A DNA stretch of 64,000 nucleotides from Promethearchaeota archaeon (GCA_030599585.1 JAUVNS010000016.1:1-64000); one strand, 5' to 3'. Shown: positions 20,901-31,528, counted from the first letter of the stretch. The notes: generated by a model not told the origin, from the letters alone. Program-made: numbers and translations.

Positions 20901-22238
20901 TTACTTAATAAGATCGTGGGCAAATATGGTATACGTCTTTATGGCGTTAATGAAATCAGATATTTCTATACACTCGTTTTTTGCGTGAGCATTTAGAAAT
21001 CTTCCAGGACCAAACGATACAGTTTTTTTGCACCATCCTGTGTTTCTTAAGAACTCTGCGTCAGCGCTTGCTGGGGACAGAAAATAACAAGGAGGGCTCC
21101 CATACGATTTTGTTATCGCTTCACGCATTTTTTTCAAGTACTCGGAGTCCTTCCATTCGTAAAAATACGACGGATCGGTAGATTTGTATATTTCCAAACT
21201 CACACTTGTCCCAGTTGAGTCGTCAGACTTCGAATAACCGAGATATTTAATGAGTTTCTCAAGTGCTTTTAGTATATTTTCTACGTTGTGGTTTGGAAGC
21301 GTTCTAAAATCCACGATCGCTTCGCATGAGCTTGGAATTGTATTTTCTTTCACACCTCCAGAAAACATAGTAACGGCTCCTGTAAGAGAACGTACAGAAG
21401 AAATGAGATTTTCAATGTAGGGATCGACCACGTCGGTGGATACTAGCTCTCTTAGCACATCGATTGGGATCGGCGGATCTATTTTAGGCATGAAATCGTG
21501 TATTTCGTCGAGATGTTGTAGTATATCACCTAATATGAGGATAGGATTTATCCCATTGAACGGAACGGATGCGTGACACCCGACTCCGTTAACCGTGATC
21601 TTTACTTGAAAAGATCCTTTTTCCCCAACAACGATTGCTCTTGGAAGAGGGTGAAAATCGGTCGGCTCCCCCACAACAGCAAAATCGCACTTTATATCGC
21701 GTAAAAGGTTATCTACGCACCACTTCGTACCTAGCAACCCGCCGCTTTCTTCTTCCGCAACAGCGTTAAGGATCAAGTTTCCAGAAACTGGTAATTTTAA
21801 TTTTTTTATAATACTCAAAGCAATTACCATTGCTGTAAGACCAGATTTCATATCCACCGCACCTTTCCCGTAGAGAATCCCGTCTACGATATCTCCCGAG
21901 AGCGGATGATGGTTCCAATCGTCTTCGTTAGCTATTGGAACTGTATCCATATGACCATTGTAGAGAACATTTATCCCTTTAAAATTACGGTTTAGTGTTG
22001 CAACAAGATTCGATCTATTATCCCCAAACTGATGTATATCGCATTCGACACCAAAGCCTTTCAAAAAGTTTTCGATCTCTAAAGCGATTCTCATTTCGTT
22101 TCCAGGAGGATTAGTCGAATCTATTCGAACTAAACGTTGGAAGATTCTTACGTAACGATCTTTGTTTTCTTCTATTTCGCGGAAAATTAGTCCCTCTGGA
22201 CTCTCAAGTAGAGTAGTTTCTTCTTCGTTTACTATCAT
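20901..22238 (-). CDS. M20 family metallopeptidase/deacylase (ArgE/DapE-like)
   Basis: NGHMDTVP, GKGAVDMKSG, EEE, GEPT, HAS, AHAKNE. Confidence 0.92.
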   Translation of the reverse strand: MIVNEEETTLLESPEGLIFREIEENKDRYVRIFQRLVRIDSTNPPGNEMRIALEIENFLKGFGVECDIHQFGDNRSNLVATLNRNFKGINVLYNGHMDTVPIANEDDWNHHPLSGDIVDGILYGKGAVDMKSGLTAMVIALSIIKKLKLPVSGNLILNAVAEEESGGLLGTKWCVDNLLRDIKCDFAVVGEPTDFHPLPRAIVVGEKGSFQVKITVNGVGCHASVPFNGINPILILGDILQHLDEIHDFMPKIDPPIPIDVLRELVSTDVVDPYIENLISSVRSLTGAVTMFSGGVKENTIPSSCEAIVDFRTLPNHNVENILKALEKLIKYLGYSKSDDSTGTSVSLEIYKSTDPSYFYEWKDSEYLKKMREAITKSYGSPPCYFLSPASADAEFLRNTGWCKKTVSFGPGRFLNAHAKNECIEISDFINAIKTYTIFAHDLIK

Positions 22239-22269
22239 TATACATCATTCCCATAAAATAAAAAAAGGG

Positions 22270-23514
22270 TTAGTTAATATCTAAAGCGTAGTATAAATCT
22301 TTGGCAGATTGTATCAATTGGATGTCTTCAGATATTTCTTCTTTGTAGGAGTTGAAGATGATGTGATCTTCAGAAGTTTGAGTCGTTTCATCGTATTTCC
22401 AACTCGGAATATACCCTCGTGGTCGCATACCAGCTTCCAAAAATACTTTTTGATGTTCTGGTTTAAACGCAGAGACATAAACTTCTAAATATCTCACGTT
22501 CAACTTTCTTGCAAGCCTTTGCATCCGTGTAATGAACGCAATGAGTTCTTCTACGCTTTGCACCTCGTATTCCACATTTTCAAAGTTCTGGACCATAGGA
22601 GTGTACAAAAACTTGCAGAACGACCCAGAGTCGAGTTTGAATACGACGTCATGATAACCATATTTATCTTTCTCAATACTCACGTCGATCTGATCGAGTA
22701 ATTCGTATATTTCGTCCTCTTCGCAACAGATCTTCGGCGTGCGCACGTTGATAGGACCAAGGCCGTATCGATCAGAACAGTAAGTAAAGCTTGCAACTGC
22801 TTCGGGAATGATCGTAGGATATTCGTTCATTCTTTCGTTTAAAGTACTTCTTTGAATAGCGTAGACGTATAGATCTGATTCTACTTTTCCAAGGAAAAAA
22901 TCTTTATTGATCAGAACTGCTGTAGGTAATAATCCACATAACTCGCAGAAGTATTGCACTTTTGCGTGTGCGGTTCTTGCTTCTCCATAGACCACTTTAA
23001 TCTTGTCTTTATATTTTCGCATGAAATACAAATTCATTCCGATGTAGGCTCTTGTAACATCTATCTTGCCAAGAAACCTTTTCCACAACGCCATCCCTCC
23101 ATTATATCCTCTATGATTATCTGGCTCTATTAAAAATTTAATACATCCATATACTTCGCCATCTTCGCTTTTCATTAACACGAAATTAAGGTTTCCTTTT
23201 TCTAACCGTTTTTGTAATTCGGTTTCGTCTAAAAATTCTTTGTAAGGATAACTTCCGTCGTAAGCTTCTTCAAACAAACCTGTAATGATGTAAGCGTCCT
23301 CAGGTCTTGCAATTTGAAGTATCGGGTTTATCTTGGTTCTGTTACTACTTCTTTTTAATTCTGTTGCTTTGAACTTACATCCATTTACCAAATCCAATTC
23401 CTCGTCGGCGTAATGATCCAAGAAATCTTCGATAAAAATTGGGACAAAATTCTTATGTTCTTGTTCTACTGGTTTGAAAAACTGGGGATGTAAAATTTGA
23501 CTTTCTAGTGTCAT
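22270..23514 (-). CDS. Multi-GNAT-fold protein
   Basis: ARPEDA...YDGSYPY; EARTAH; GMRPRGYIP. Confidence 0.7.
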   Translation of the reverse strand: MTLESQILHPQFFKPVEQEHKNFVPIFIEDFLDHYADEELDLVNGCKFKATELKRSSNRTKINPILQIARPEDAYIITGLFEEAYDGSYPYKEFLDETELQKRLEKGNLNFVLMKSEDGEVYGCIKFLIEPDNHRGYNGGMALWKRFLGKIDVTRAYIGMNLYFMRKYKDKIKVVYGEARTAHAKVQYFCELCGLLPTAVLINKDFFLGKVESDLYVYAIQRSTLNERMNEYPTIIPEAVASFTYCSDRYGLGPINVRTPKICCEEDEIYELLDQIDVSIEKDKYGYHDVVFKLDSGSFCKFLYTPMVQNFENVEYEVQSVEELIAFITRMQRLARKLNVRYLEVYVSAFKPEHQKVFLEAGMRPRGYIPSWKYDETTQTSEDHIIFNSYKEEISEDIQLIQSAKDLYYALDIN

Positions 23515-23850
23515 ATATTTTCACCTATTTATTTTATTTTTTTCACTGATAACTACATATTTTGTGATGCAGAGCACAATTCACCAGACTATTTAAAGAA
23601 CAAAGAGAAAAAAAAGGAATAATAAACTATACAATTATAAGTCAAAAATTAAACGAGAACGATGAAATTTGAGAAGTATATTTATTTATTGCTTGGGGAT
23701 TATCTAAGGAAAGAAATTTACGCCCACTATTTTAGATTTATTTTTTGCATTTTTTCTTACAATCGACTTTTTTTCCTTTATATATCTTCTTGAAGTGAAC
23801 GCTGTAACACAATAGAATCTCAACAGAAATTGAAACAGATGAAAAAATAA

Positions 23851-24675
23851 ATGTTTGTTAACCAAAAGCTAGAACACATAGTAAGGAACATAAGACCTAA
23901 TACCTTCGAGGAACAAGAAACTATGAAAACCTCGCGCGTTGCAGTGCTCGGGTTGGGCGGTCTAGGCGGTCCACTTGCGGAAAATCTCGTCAGAGCAGGA
24001 TGTCAAGATTTAGTTATTTGCGATTTCGATATTTTTTTTAACCGACAAATTTGCACCGTCGACGACTTCGGAAAAAGAAAAATCGACGTGGTAGCGGAAT
24101 ATTTACAGAAAATTGACTCTGAAGTAAGCGTCAGGAAGTTTTTTAAGATTTCCCCAAGAAACATTGATGATGTCCTTGAGGGCGTGAAAGTGATTGCGCT
24201 AACCTTAAACGATCCCGCCACCTCGATCTTTATTGCCCGAGAAGCACAAAAACGAAGAATTCCTATGATCGAATCTTGGGACGTGCCCTTCCTGTTTACT
24301 TTGTGGTTCACTCCACAAAGTGTGGATTACGAAGAATGTTACGGGTTAGATACAAAAAAGTTCAATTATTTCGAGCTTTCCAACCTCAAAAAGGAGATAA
24401 ACCTTGCAACTTATCAAGCTTTGCTACCAAAAGTGTTTAATATGCCAGGAGTCAGAGAGAAATACGATAGAGGGCTGGGAGTCTTCGAAGAAATGATGAA
24501 GGGAAACATCGGAGCGCGCTCGTTTGCTCCTTTTGTAAGATTTAATTCCGATTTACTTTCAATGGACGTAATTTTCTCCGGAATTTTGGACGTGAGACCG
24601 AAAAATTTAGCGCCAAACTTAAAAGGGTTCGACTATATCAACATGGAAGTCCTAAGAATTGTTCTAAACGTCTAA
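23851..24675 (+). CDS. ThiF/MoeB-family adenylyltransferase-like protein, possibly degenerate
   Basis: VAVLGLGGLG; DFD..NRQ with the usual SNL segment missing. Confidence 0.8.
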   Translation: MFVNQKLEHIVRNIRPNTFEEQETMKTSRVAVLGLGGLGGPLAENLVRAGCQDLVICDFDIFFNRQICTVDDFGKRKIDVVAEYLQKIDSEVSVRKFFKISPRNIDDVLEGVKVIALTLNDPATSIFIAREAQKRRIPMIESWDVPFLFTLWFTPQSVDYEECYGLDTKKFNYFELSNLKKEINLATYQALLPKVFNMPGVREKYDRGLGVFEEMMKGNIGARSFAPFVRFNSDLLSMDVIFSGILDVRPKNLAPNLKGFDYINMEVLRIVLNV

Positions 24676-24920
24676 CAACTAAAACTAATAATATTTTTTT
24701 TCTTATTTCTTTAGCTTCACCAATCTTGCCATACTTTTTGTATTCAAAATAATTTATATTTTTAAGTATCCTATTCAATATAGAGACAAAAGATTGAAAT
24801 TACTTTCTAATAGTGAATTCAAGGTTTGAAGGTTAAAAGTAAACGATCTTAGAAGAATGTGAAGTAAATAGCTTTATTTCAGTTAAATTAGAAGAAGGAA
24901 GAGAAGAAGAAGAAATACTC

Positions 24921-25097
24921 TTATTTAGTTTTTAACTTCCACATAACCCAGAATCTAATAGTAAAATAAGATTTACTTCCAAATCCTGAAGCGCTTATAT
25001 TAAGAACTTCGTAATTAGGGTTTTTTATCCTAAACTCTTCTATGTCTTTATTTAGATTTTTTTCGTTTCTACTTTTGCTTATTTTAAATTCGTCCAT
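24921..25097 (-). CDS. Small hypothetical protein (58 aa, below the ORF-track cutoff)
   Basis: MDEFKISKSRNEKNLNKDIEEF...MWKLKTK*; GGTGGTGA RBS upstream. Confidence 0.5.
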   Translation of the reverse strand: MDEFKISKSRNEKNLNKDIEEFRIKNPNYEVLNISASGFGSKSYFTIRFWVMWKLKTK

Positions 25098-25122
25098 TTT
25101 TAATTTTCACCACCTTTTTTAT

Positions 25123-26016
25123 TTAATTTAAAATCGTTTTAAGTTGCCCAGCTATTTCTTTACGAAATAAGGGATTTCCCGTGAGCCGTTTAGAGAAAAA
25201 ATTTGCTAACTCTTCGTATAAACTTTCCCTATCCCGTGAGAGAAATTCGGTTTTTAGGTTGCTCACGATTAAATAAAGAAAAACGTTTACGAACACTTCC
25301 CGCGCTAGTTCCAAGTGAGAGGGTGATAGGTCGACCATAGTGTGCTGGTACTTGTTACGAATAGCGATATATTTAATGATTATCGTCTCAATTTCTTTCG
25401 GAAACTTGAGCTTTACCATCTTATTGACCATGATCTCTTTTCCATCTTGATTGTTTTCGTCATTTTTTTCGCTAAACCGTTCCTTGTAGAGCGTTTCTAA
25501 TTTAGGATATAATTTCACAAAAAACTTGTGATCGTCGTAATAGCTCATTTTAATCCACTGTTCTGCCCCAATCTGGTCTAAACACCGATCAATTTCTTCT
25601 TTAACTCCGTCAATTATGTTTGGCTTTTTTTCTTCCTCCGAATTATCGTTGTTATGCTTGGATACCAAATTATTAACTCGTCTCGCAACCGTCTCCAAAA
25701 GCTCGTTCTTTTCTTCTATTTCTTTTCTTAATTGCGATTCAACGCGAGGAGACGAAGGATTTATTTGGGTTTGTAAGAAGGCCTGAGTCTTTTTTTTTAC
25801 GAAGAGAGAGGTAAAATACGTGACGTCTTCAGTCATACGAGCTCGACATTGAAGGAGCAATTGTTTTAGCTCTTTTGCGCTGGTTTTTCCTTCGGTAAAG
25901 TTTTTTATCGCGATTTTAAGTTCTTCTAACTCCTCATCTTTGAAAATAATTTTTTCTATTATGTTCTCAAAATCCGTTATTTCTTGACTCTTTACTACTT
26001 CTTGACTCTTTGCCAT
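25123..26016 (-). CDS. Helical hypothetical protein, downstream gene of the VirB4/HerA-like operon
   Basis: TAATG overlap with the upstream gene; coiled-coil region; RNKYQH resembles a HEPN Rx4H motif. Confidence 0.75.
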   Translation of the reverse strand: MAKSQEVVKSQEITDFENIIEKIIFKDEELEELKIAIKNFTEGKTSAKELKQLLLQCRARMTEDVTYFTSLFVKKKTQAFLQTQINPSSPRVESQLRKEIEEKNELLETVARRVNNLVSKHNNDNSEEEKKPNIIDGVKEEIDRCLDQIGAEQWIKMSYYDDHKFFVKLYPKLETLYKERFSEKNDENNQDGKEIMVNKMVKLKFPKEIETIIIKYIAIRNKYQHTMVDLSPSHLELAREVFVNVFLYLIVSNLKTEFLSRDRESLYEELANFFSKRLTGNPLFRKEIAGQLKTILN

Positions 26017-29000
26017 TATATCGCCCCCATATCGCCCTCTACGTATTGTCTGAACCCGTCAAAAAGAGTAGAATAGGTTTCAAATATATTTTTACAGGTT
26101 TCGGCTACCTTTACTTGATCGGTTACTTCGACGCTGTTAATTAACGACAAATACTTCCGCAAGTCGTCGCTTGTAAATGGAAAACCTTGAATGTTTCCGA
26201 ATTTACCTAAGAACTCGTCGATATCTTCGGAAGTTACGGCGTAATTCACACTGTAATATTCTTTGTAGACGCTATGTAGAAATTTTGGAAGCAAATCCCG
26301 AGCCGTTTTGAGCACTTTCTCGTATTTTTTGTAGCTTAAATTTTTGTGCATGATGAAGTATTCGTAATACAATATAGGAGCAAAATGTTTAGCTAGGGCG
26401 CTTCTTATCTTGATCGGGTTTAAAAGCTCCGGATCGGGAGCTTCTTCAAGTATGAGCGCAGCATCGGATTCTAATTCCACCGGCTCGTAAGTTATTATCG
26501 AACTATCTCGCGAGTCGTAGTAATCTTTTAACACCCTCTGGTAATGGGGTCCGACCGCAAAAGAAGTCTGCATGGATTCTGAACCGCTCGCTCTTTTTGG
26601 GTGGCTTTCTATTAAATATTGTTTGCTTACCATAATCTCGAACACATTATCTACGATTTCCCTCTCCCGTTTTTTGTCTGTCGTAATTTTTGCGACGTAG
26701 GGCTTCAACACTTCCCGAAGTTCTTCTTTTACTTTTTTTTTGTAAAGATTTCCTACGGTATCGACCGCTTGAATGTTGTTTAAAAATTTCACAATTCCTT
26801 CAATTAAATCGCTATAGCCGGCAAAATCACTTTCGAAAAGAGTAGTCTGAGCTCTTTTCATGATCTTTCTCTCCGTTTTTTCTAAATCATACCCTTGTTT
26901 TTCCATATATTTCACGATCTCTTCCCACGAAAGAGGTTCAGTTTGTTGTAATTCTTCGAAGTCAAGTTGCACGGGGAACGATTGGTAAATGTCTTCTCGC
27001 TTCACTACAGCCTCGTCTTGCTTCATCGCTGCGATGTACCTCGTCTGATAGCCTTCGTTCCTCCGACTGCTGTAGTAGCCTACACCGTGTAAGTTCTCTA
27101 AATTCATCTGTCCGTTGAGCACTGCCACGTCTCTTTTATCCGAAGCCCGAAAGGTTACGATGTTATCGAAGTAATTGAACGCGTTCGGGTGTAAATACCT
27201 TATCTGAGAAGCAGAACAGATGGTTCCAAACCCTTTTTCTACGAAAGGGGAGAGGAATTTGTCTATTTTTCCGTATTGGATTTTTTTATCCAAGAAAAAA
27301 CCATCAAATACTACGTCTATGTGTGGCATAGCGATAAATTTAGGGATATAGGATTCTCCAGTTTTTAAATAATGAATAAATTTCGAAAGGACCACGAAAG
27401 CAAAATAACATTGCTTATCGTAGTCTCTTAGCTCGGAAAAATCTATGATTATAGTTTTATCGTTGGTGATGAACTCGTGCGCTTGGGTGGAGTCTTGAGA
27501 CTCGGGTTGCTGATTCTGAATAAACGAGGCTTCTTGAGGCGTAAATTCTTTGAAGAAAGAAAGCAAAGTTTCGGTAACCGAAGATTTCTCCCAGTCGCGT
27601 TGCGTAGTTAAGTCTAACACTAAGGTAGATACGTCGATATCTGGGTTTCGGAGTATTGTGTTTTTAAAAGTCTCGATAGTCCGCTCGTCTTTCTTAAAGC
27701 ACATCATGTAGGCGTCAAACATGTAGTCCAAATATCCAGGGTTGTGCTTATCGAAAGGTATTCCCGAACGGAGTGGGTTTATCACGATAGTTTTGCCTAG
27801 TTTGTGGTAGATAAACTGATTCTCAAAGATGGAACCTTGAAACATTTTTATAACTTTTGACCAATTACCAGTAAAATCGAACACTATAGAAGAATAGCCC
27901 TTTTTAACCAATTCTACTACGATTTTTTGGGCTAAAAGTTCTCGGCTAGAGTTCGTGCCGTTAGTTAAAAATAGATTGCGCGCTTGCTCGATCAAAAATC
28001 CAGCGGGCACTTCGCTTTCTAAGTATTCGGTGTTAATCGTGGAGCCAACAACGATATCGTTTTTAAGTTGTAAAGGCGTGTTAAACTCTGCGGCTAACCT
28101 GGTTTCAACTCCTTTTTTAAACTGGTTAGCGATCATGGTAAGAAAATTTAAGGTTTTACCTTGATACAACAAATAGTTAAGGTGAGAGCCGTTTCTTCTA
28201 AAGAACCTATTCTTAAGCACTTCTAACTCAAAACCCGATTCTAACAGGTTGCCTCTTAATTGTTTTAATTTAAAGTTCATATAATTGTTCCCGTAAGCCG
28301 CTTTTAACACGCCCATTTGTTCTATTAACGTTCTTTCGATCCTGTCCATAGTTTCGTAATCGAGAGAAGGTGAATTAGAAACCACCGAGGTAGAATAGGT
28401 TGTAATTACGCTCCACATCCCCGCCCGATCTCTCAACCAAGCGTCTCGCCCTTCTGGGTTGTTTCGGAAAGCCATAAGTAAGATTTTTTCTCGTTCGTTT
28501 AGGTAATCAAACCCCTCGTCGTCAAATTTCTTGAAGTTTAACGGTTTTAATTGAAACGAGACGGTAAAAGGCGTTCCTTCTTTGTTTAACGATTCGTAAA
28601 ACTTAGCGGGATTGCAATACGGTGGCGGGTTGCAAAAATACACGTTTGCCATTTTAATTCCGCCGGTAGTTTTTCCTTCCACTTGGTAAAAAATAGTTTC
28701 AGGAGTTTTTCTCGATTTAAAGAATTCTATTTCTGCAAACGGATCGATAAGCCCAATATCTTTAAATTTAAACAAAGAACCCTTCATTACTTGAAATAAC
28801 AATTCCTGCCACCAAAAAAGTAAAATCGTAACGATTATACCAAGGCTTATTAAAAAACGGTATCCCATAGGTAAGGCAAAAAACAATAGAGACACGTCTA
28901 ACGCTATCGTTATGCCAATTACATACGCCACCTTTAAGATGGAAGCCGTTAGTTTTGAATTTGTAGGTTTACACGTAATTTTTTTAGGATCGGACTCTAA

Positions 29001-29843
29001 TGGAACGTCTCGCTTCAATACGGTGCTCCTAAACGACTCAATTAACGCTTGTTCGGTTAGAAGCGACACTTTAAAGTGGTGGAAATTGGACGAAATCCCC
29101 GTTTTTAACGCAGTTACGCTTTTCCGGAGCTGACCTACCAACTCGGTCACCTTAGACTTCGTGATTTTTCCGGTCATTTTATAATAAGTAGAAAACAAAA
29201 TAACCGTCTCGAAGGTAGTATTTTTTCCGTTTCCTTTACTATCGATTATTTGAAGTGGTTTGTGAACGATCTGGAAAGTATAAGGGGTTCGATTGTTGTA
29301 CATTCCTTTGATAAATGTATGTAAGGACGGATTCACGTTTTCGGCCATGACTTCGACTTTTAAAGTACTTACGCCGGTAGTTACCAAATCTACTCTATTT
29401 GTATAGTACAGCACGGATTTATAATACTCAGCCTTGTCGTAATCTTTCTTGTCGTATTCAGTCTGCCAGAAAATCAAGTTTTGAAAAGGGTTAAACGCTC
29501 CAAATTCCAATAGGTGACGCAAACCAAAAAAACTTTTTCTAAACACCAGCACGAAACTTATCCCGACTACAACGGTTGCGCCAATCGAGAGCACAAAATC
29601 CATCGTGGTTAAAACTAACGAGGCAAAAAAAAGAAATTCGATTATTACAAACGAGATCGCTTTTTTGAGCGTGTCGGTTTTATCGATGTCTTTATAAGAA
29701 GGGAAAGCGTTCCAGACGCTATAGTAGGGGTCGTCGTCGCCTTCTCTGTCGTCACCTTTACTGTTTTCGTTACTTTCTTTTCCTTTTCCTTTTCCATTCC
29801 AATTATTATCTTCGTCTAAAAATTCTCCATACGATTTTACCAT
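26016..29843 (-). CDS. Membrane-anchored VirB4/HerA/FtsK-superfamily protein with degenerate Walker motifs
   Basis: Two pairs of N-terminal TM helices; SIVFDFTGNW, INPL, TIIIDFS, GFGTICSASQ and NIVTFR follow HerA/VirB4 order; P-loop position reads TNGTNSSRE, Walker B position FIAMPHID. Confidence 0.75.
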   Translation of the reverse strand: MVKSYGEFLDEDNNWNGKGKGKESNENSKGDDREGDDDPYYSVWNAFPSYKDIDKTDTLKKAISFVIIEFLFFASLVLTTMDFVLSIGATVVVGISFVLVFRKSFFGLRHLLEFGAFNPFQNLIFWQTEYDKKDYDKAEYYKSVLYYTNRVDLVTTGVSTLKVEVMAENVNPSLHTFIKGMYNNRTPYTFQIVHKPLQIIDSKGNGKNTTFETVILFSTYYKMTGKITKSKVTELVGQLRKSVTALKTGISSNFHHFKVSLLTEQALIESFRSTVLKRDVPLESDPKKITCKPTNSKLTASILKVAYVIGITIALDVSLLFFALPMGYRFLISLGIIVTILLFWWQELLFQVMKGSLFKFKDIGLIDPFAEIEFFKSRKTPETIFYQVEGKTTGGIKMANVYFCNPPPYCNPAKFYESLNKEGTPFTVSFQLKPLNFKKFDDEGFDYLNEREKILLMAFRNNPEGRDAWLRDRAGMWSVITTYSTSVVSNSPSLDYETMDRIERTLIEQMGVLKAAYGNNYMNFKLKQLRGNLLESGFELEVLKNRFFRRNGSHLNYLLYQGKTLNFLTMIANQFKKGVETRLAAEFNTPLQLKNDIVVGSTINTEYLESEVPAGFLIEQARNLFLTNGTNSSRELLAQKIVVELVKKGYSSIVFDFTGNWSKVIKMFQGSIFENQFIYHKLGKTIVINPLRSGIPFDKHNPGYLDYMFDAYMMCFKKDERTIETFKNTILRNPDIDVSTLVLDLTTQRDWEKSSVTETLLSFFKEFTPQEASFIQNQQPESQDSTQAHEFITNDKTIIIDFSELRDYDKQCYFAFVVLSKFIHYLKTGESYIPKFIAMPHIDVVFDGFFLDKKIQYGKIDKFLSPFVEKGFGTICSASQIRYLHPNAFNYFDNIVTFRASDKRDVAVLNGQMNLENLHGVGYYSSRRNEGYQTRYIAAMKQDEAVVKREDIYQSFPVQLDFEELQQTEPLSWEEIVKYMEKQGYDLEKTERKIMKRAQTTLFESDFAGYSDLIEGIVKFLNNIQAVDTVGNLYKKKVKEELREVLKPYVAKITTDKKREREIVDNVFEIMVSKQYLIESHPKRASGSESMQTSFAVGPHYQRVLKDYYDSRDSSIITYEPVELESDAALILEEAPDPELLNPIKIRSALAKHFAPILYYEYFIMHKNLSYKKYEKVLKTARDLLPKFLHSVYKEYYSVNYAVTSEDIDEFLGKFGNIQGFPFTSDDLRKYLSLINSVEVTDQVKVAETCKNIFETYSTLFDGFRQYVEGDMGAI

Positions 29844-29849
29844 TTTTTT

Positions 29850-30704
29850 TCACCTTTTTCCGTAATACAGTTTGTTAATAAATACTAAAATTACCATCAC
29901 TCCTACGCAAATAAGAGTCGAATTACTTACGGTCATGGATAACACGCCGTACATGAACGACTCCACCAAAAGAATTGCCCCAATCATGCCAAATAAAATA
30001 ATTAAACCAAAAACCACGAGTTGTCCGGCGTTTTCTTTTGTATTTCGATACGAAATGTTGTCTTTTAACGAGCCTGAAACTACGATCTTTCTCCTCGATT
30101 TCTGCTCTAACTTTGTTTTGATTGTTTTTAGTTGTAAAATCTTTTCAAACGCGTTTTTATCGAATTGTTGTTCGAGCTGAATCTGGAGGGCTTTCTCCTC
30201 GTCTTTAAACCGTTGCATTAATATCGGGCTAAAAGTGTTGTCGCTTCTTCCTTTTTTAGACCGACCACCAGAAAGAAACGAAAACATAGATATATTGCGG
30301 TTTGAATGTAGAGCGTCTGCGTTAATCTTCTCGTGTAAATTGGGAATTTCTAATTTTCGGAGCTCGTAATACGTCTCAAGTACGCTTTTTACTTGCGTCA
30401 GGTTAATATCTCCCTCCCGTCTTAAAAACAAAAGTTCGATCTGAGAAATTGTTTCTATCCATTCTTTCTTGAACACGACAATATCGAAGTTGAGCGAAAA
30501 TATGTTGTTTACGAGTTTCATGTATTCAAAAATGTTCTCCCCCGCTTCTTTGCTCCTCGACCGAAACCCTAATTTAATTCCGATCTCGTCTACGGCGTTG
30601 CTTACGAACACGAAACTGACCACTGATAACCTTTTGTAGTTACCTGACTCCTTACAGAGCTGGGCCAACCGTCTTAACTTTAGATCTAACACTTGTTCGC
30701 TCAT
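29850..30704 (-). CDS. Hypothetical protein with two C-terminal TM helices
   Basis: ATGA overlap with the upstream gene; hydrophobic C-terminus. Confidence 0.8.
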   Translation of the reverse strand: MSEQVLDLKLRRLAQLCKESGNYKRLSVVSFVFVSNAVDEIGIKLGFRSRSKEAGENIFEYMKLVNNIFSLNFDIVVFKKEWIETISQIELLFLRREGDINLTQVKSVLETYYELRKLEIPNLHEKINADALHSNRNISMFSFLSGGRSKKGRSDNTFSPILMQRFKDEEKALQIQLEQQFDKNAFEKILQLKTIKTKLEQKSRRKIVVSGSLKDNISYRNTKENAGQLVVFGLIILFGMIGAILLVESFMYGVLSMTVSNSTLICVGVMVILVFINKLYYGKR

Positions 30705-31450
30705 TTTTTGCCCCTCGCTTCCAAAAAATCTTCATATATAAATTCTGCTTCGTTTTTTACCCCTTTTTTGCGCTTGACTCGGGAAGATTCGAGTTCTAAT
30801 TCTTCTTGGGCTATTAATCGGTCTAAATCGAACGGTTCTTTTGCGTTCGTAATATACGCGTTAACCATTTTTTCGGGAGTTGATTGTTCCTTTTCGAAAG
30901 TATTTACTACCGAATGGTTAAACAAGGCGTACGGAAAAGTACACCCAAAAGAAATTACTTGAAGCCAATATCCAGGACCAAGGGAATAATACAAAGTAAG
31001 TTCTAACTCGTAATCGTAATAGACCATGAAAGGATAATACAAGTCGTTTGGCAATAGAAAAAATAACGGGAACACCGACACAAAAAATCCTATAAGCGTT
31101 ACTAACGAGAGAGTAATAAAACCGAACCTTTTAACTTTCACCAAGTTATCTCCTTTTTCTACGTCGTGAAAAAGCGCGGAGTAGCCAGAAAGGAAAATAA
31201 CGATTACAAAAATAATCGCGATCACAACCGGCATAGTAGCGTTCTGGGGCTGGAAATGATCGTTAAATAAATTCCCACCCGCAAACGGAGTGCTCCACCC
31301 TAACAAAGCGTTATACGTCCACGAAGTGACGGTCGCTCCGCTATCGAGTACTCCTTGAAAGTAATACCAATCCAAAAAAACGGAGGCGAGACTAAAGATA
31401 AGGCCAACTAAAAAAATTATTTTATATCCTGATTTTATATTTATCGACAT
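30701..31450 (-). CDS. Four-TM membrane protein (claudin/tetraspan-like topology), first gene of the operon
   Basis: Four hydrophobic segments, W-rich first loop, LGPGYWL before TM4. Confidence 0.8.
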   Translation of the reverse strand: MSINIKSGYKIIFLVGLIFSLASVFLDWYYFQGVLDSGATVTSWTYNALLGWSTPFAGGNLFNDHFQPQNATMPVVIAIIFVIVIFLSGYSALFHDVEKGDNLVKVKRFGFITLSLVTLIGFFVSVFPLFFLLPNDLYYPFMVYYDYELELTLYYSLGPGYWLQVISFGCTFPYALFNHSVVNTFEKEQSTPEKMVNAYITNAKEPFDLDRLIAQEELELESSRVKRKKGVKNEAEFIYEDFLEARGKK

Positions 31451-31500
31451 ATTGCGTTACGCTCTATTTATTTTCACTTGGAGGGTATAATAGAGGGGAA

Positions 31501-31513
31501 TTTATAAAGAAAA
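31501..31513 (-). promoter_or_regulatory. Pyrimidine-BRE promoter of the VirB4/HerA-like operon
   Basis: Minus strand TTTTCTTTATAAA, ~50 nt upstream of ATG 31450. Confidence 0.55.
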
Positions 31514-31528
31514 AAAGAAGAAAAAAAA

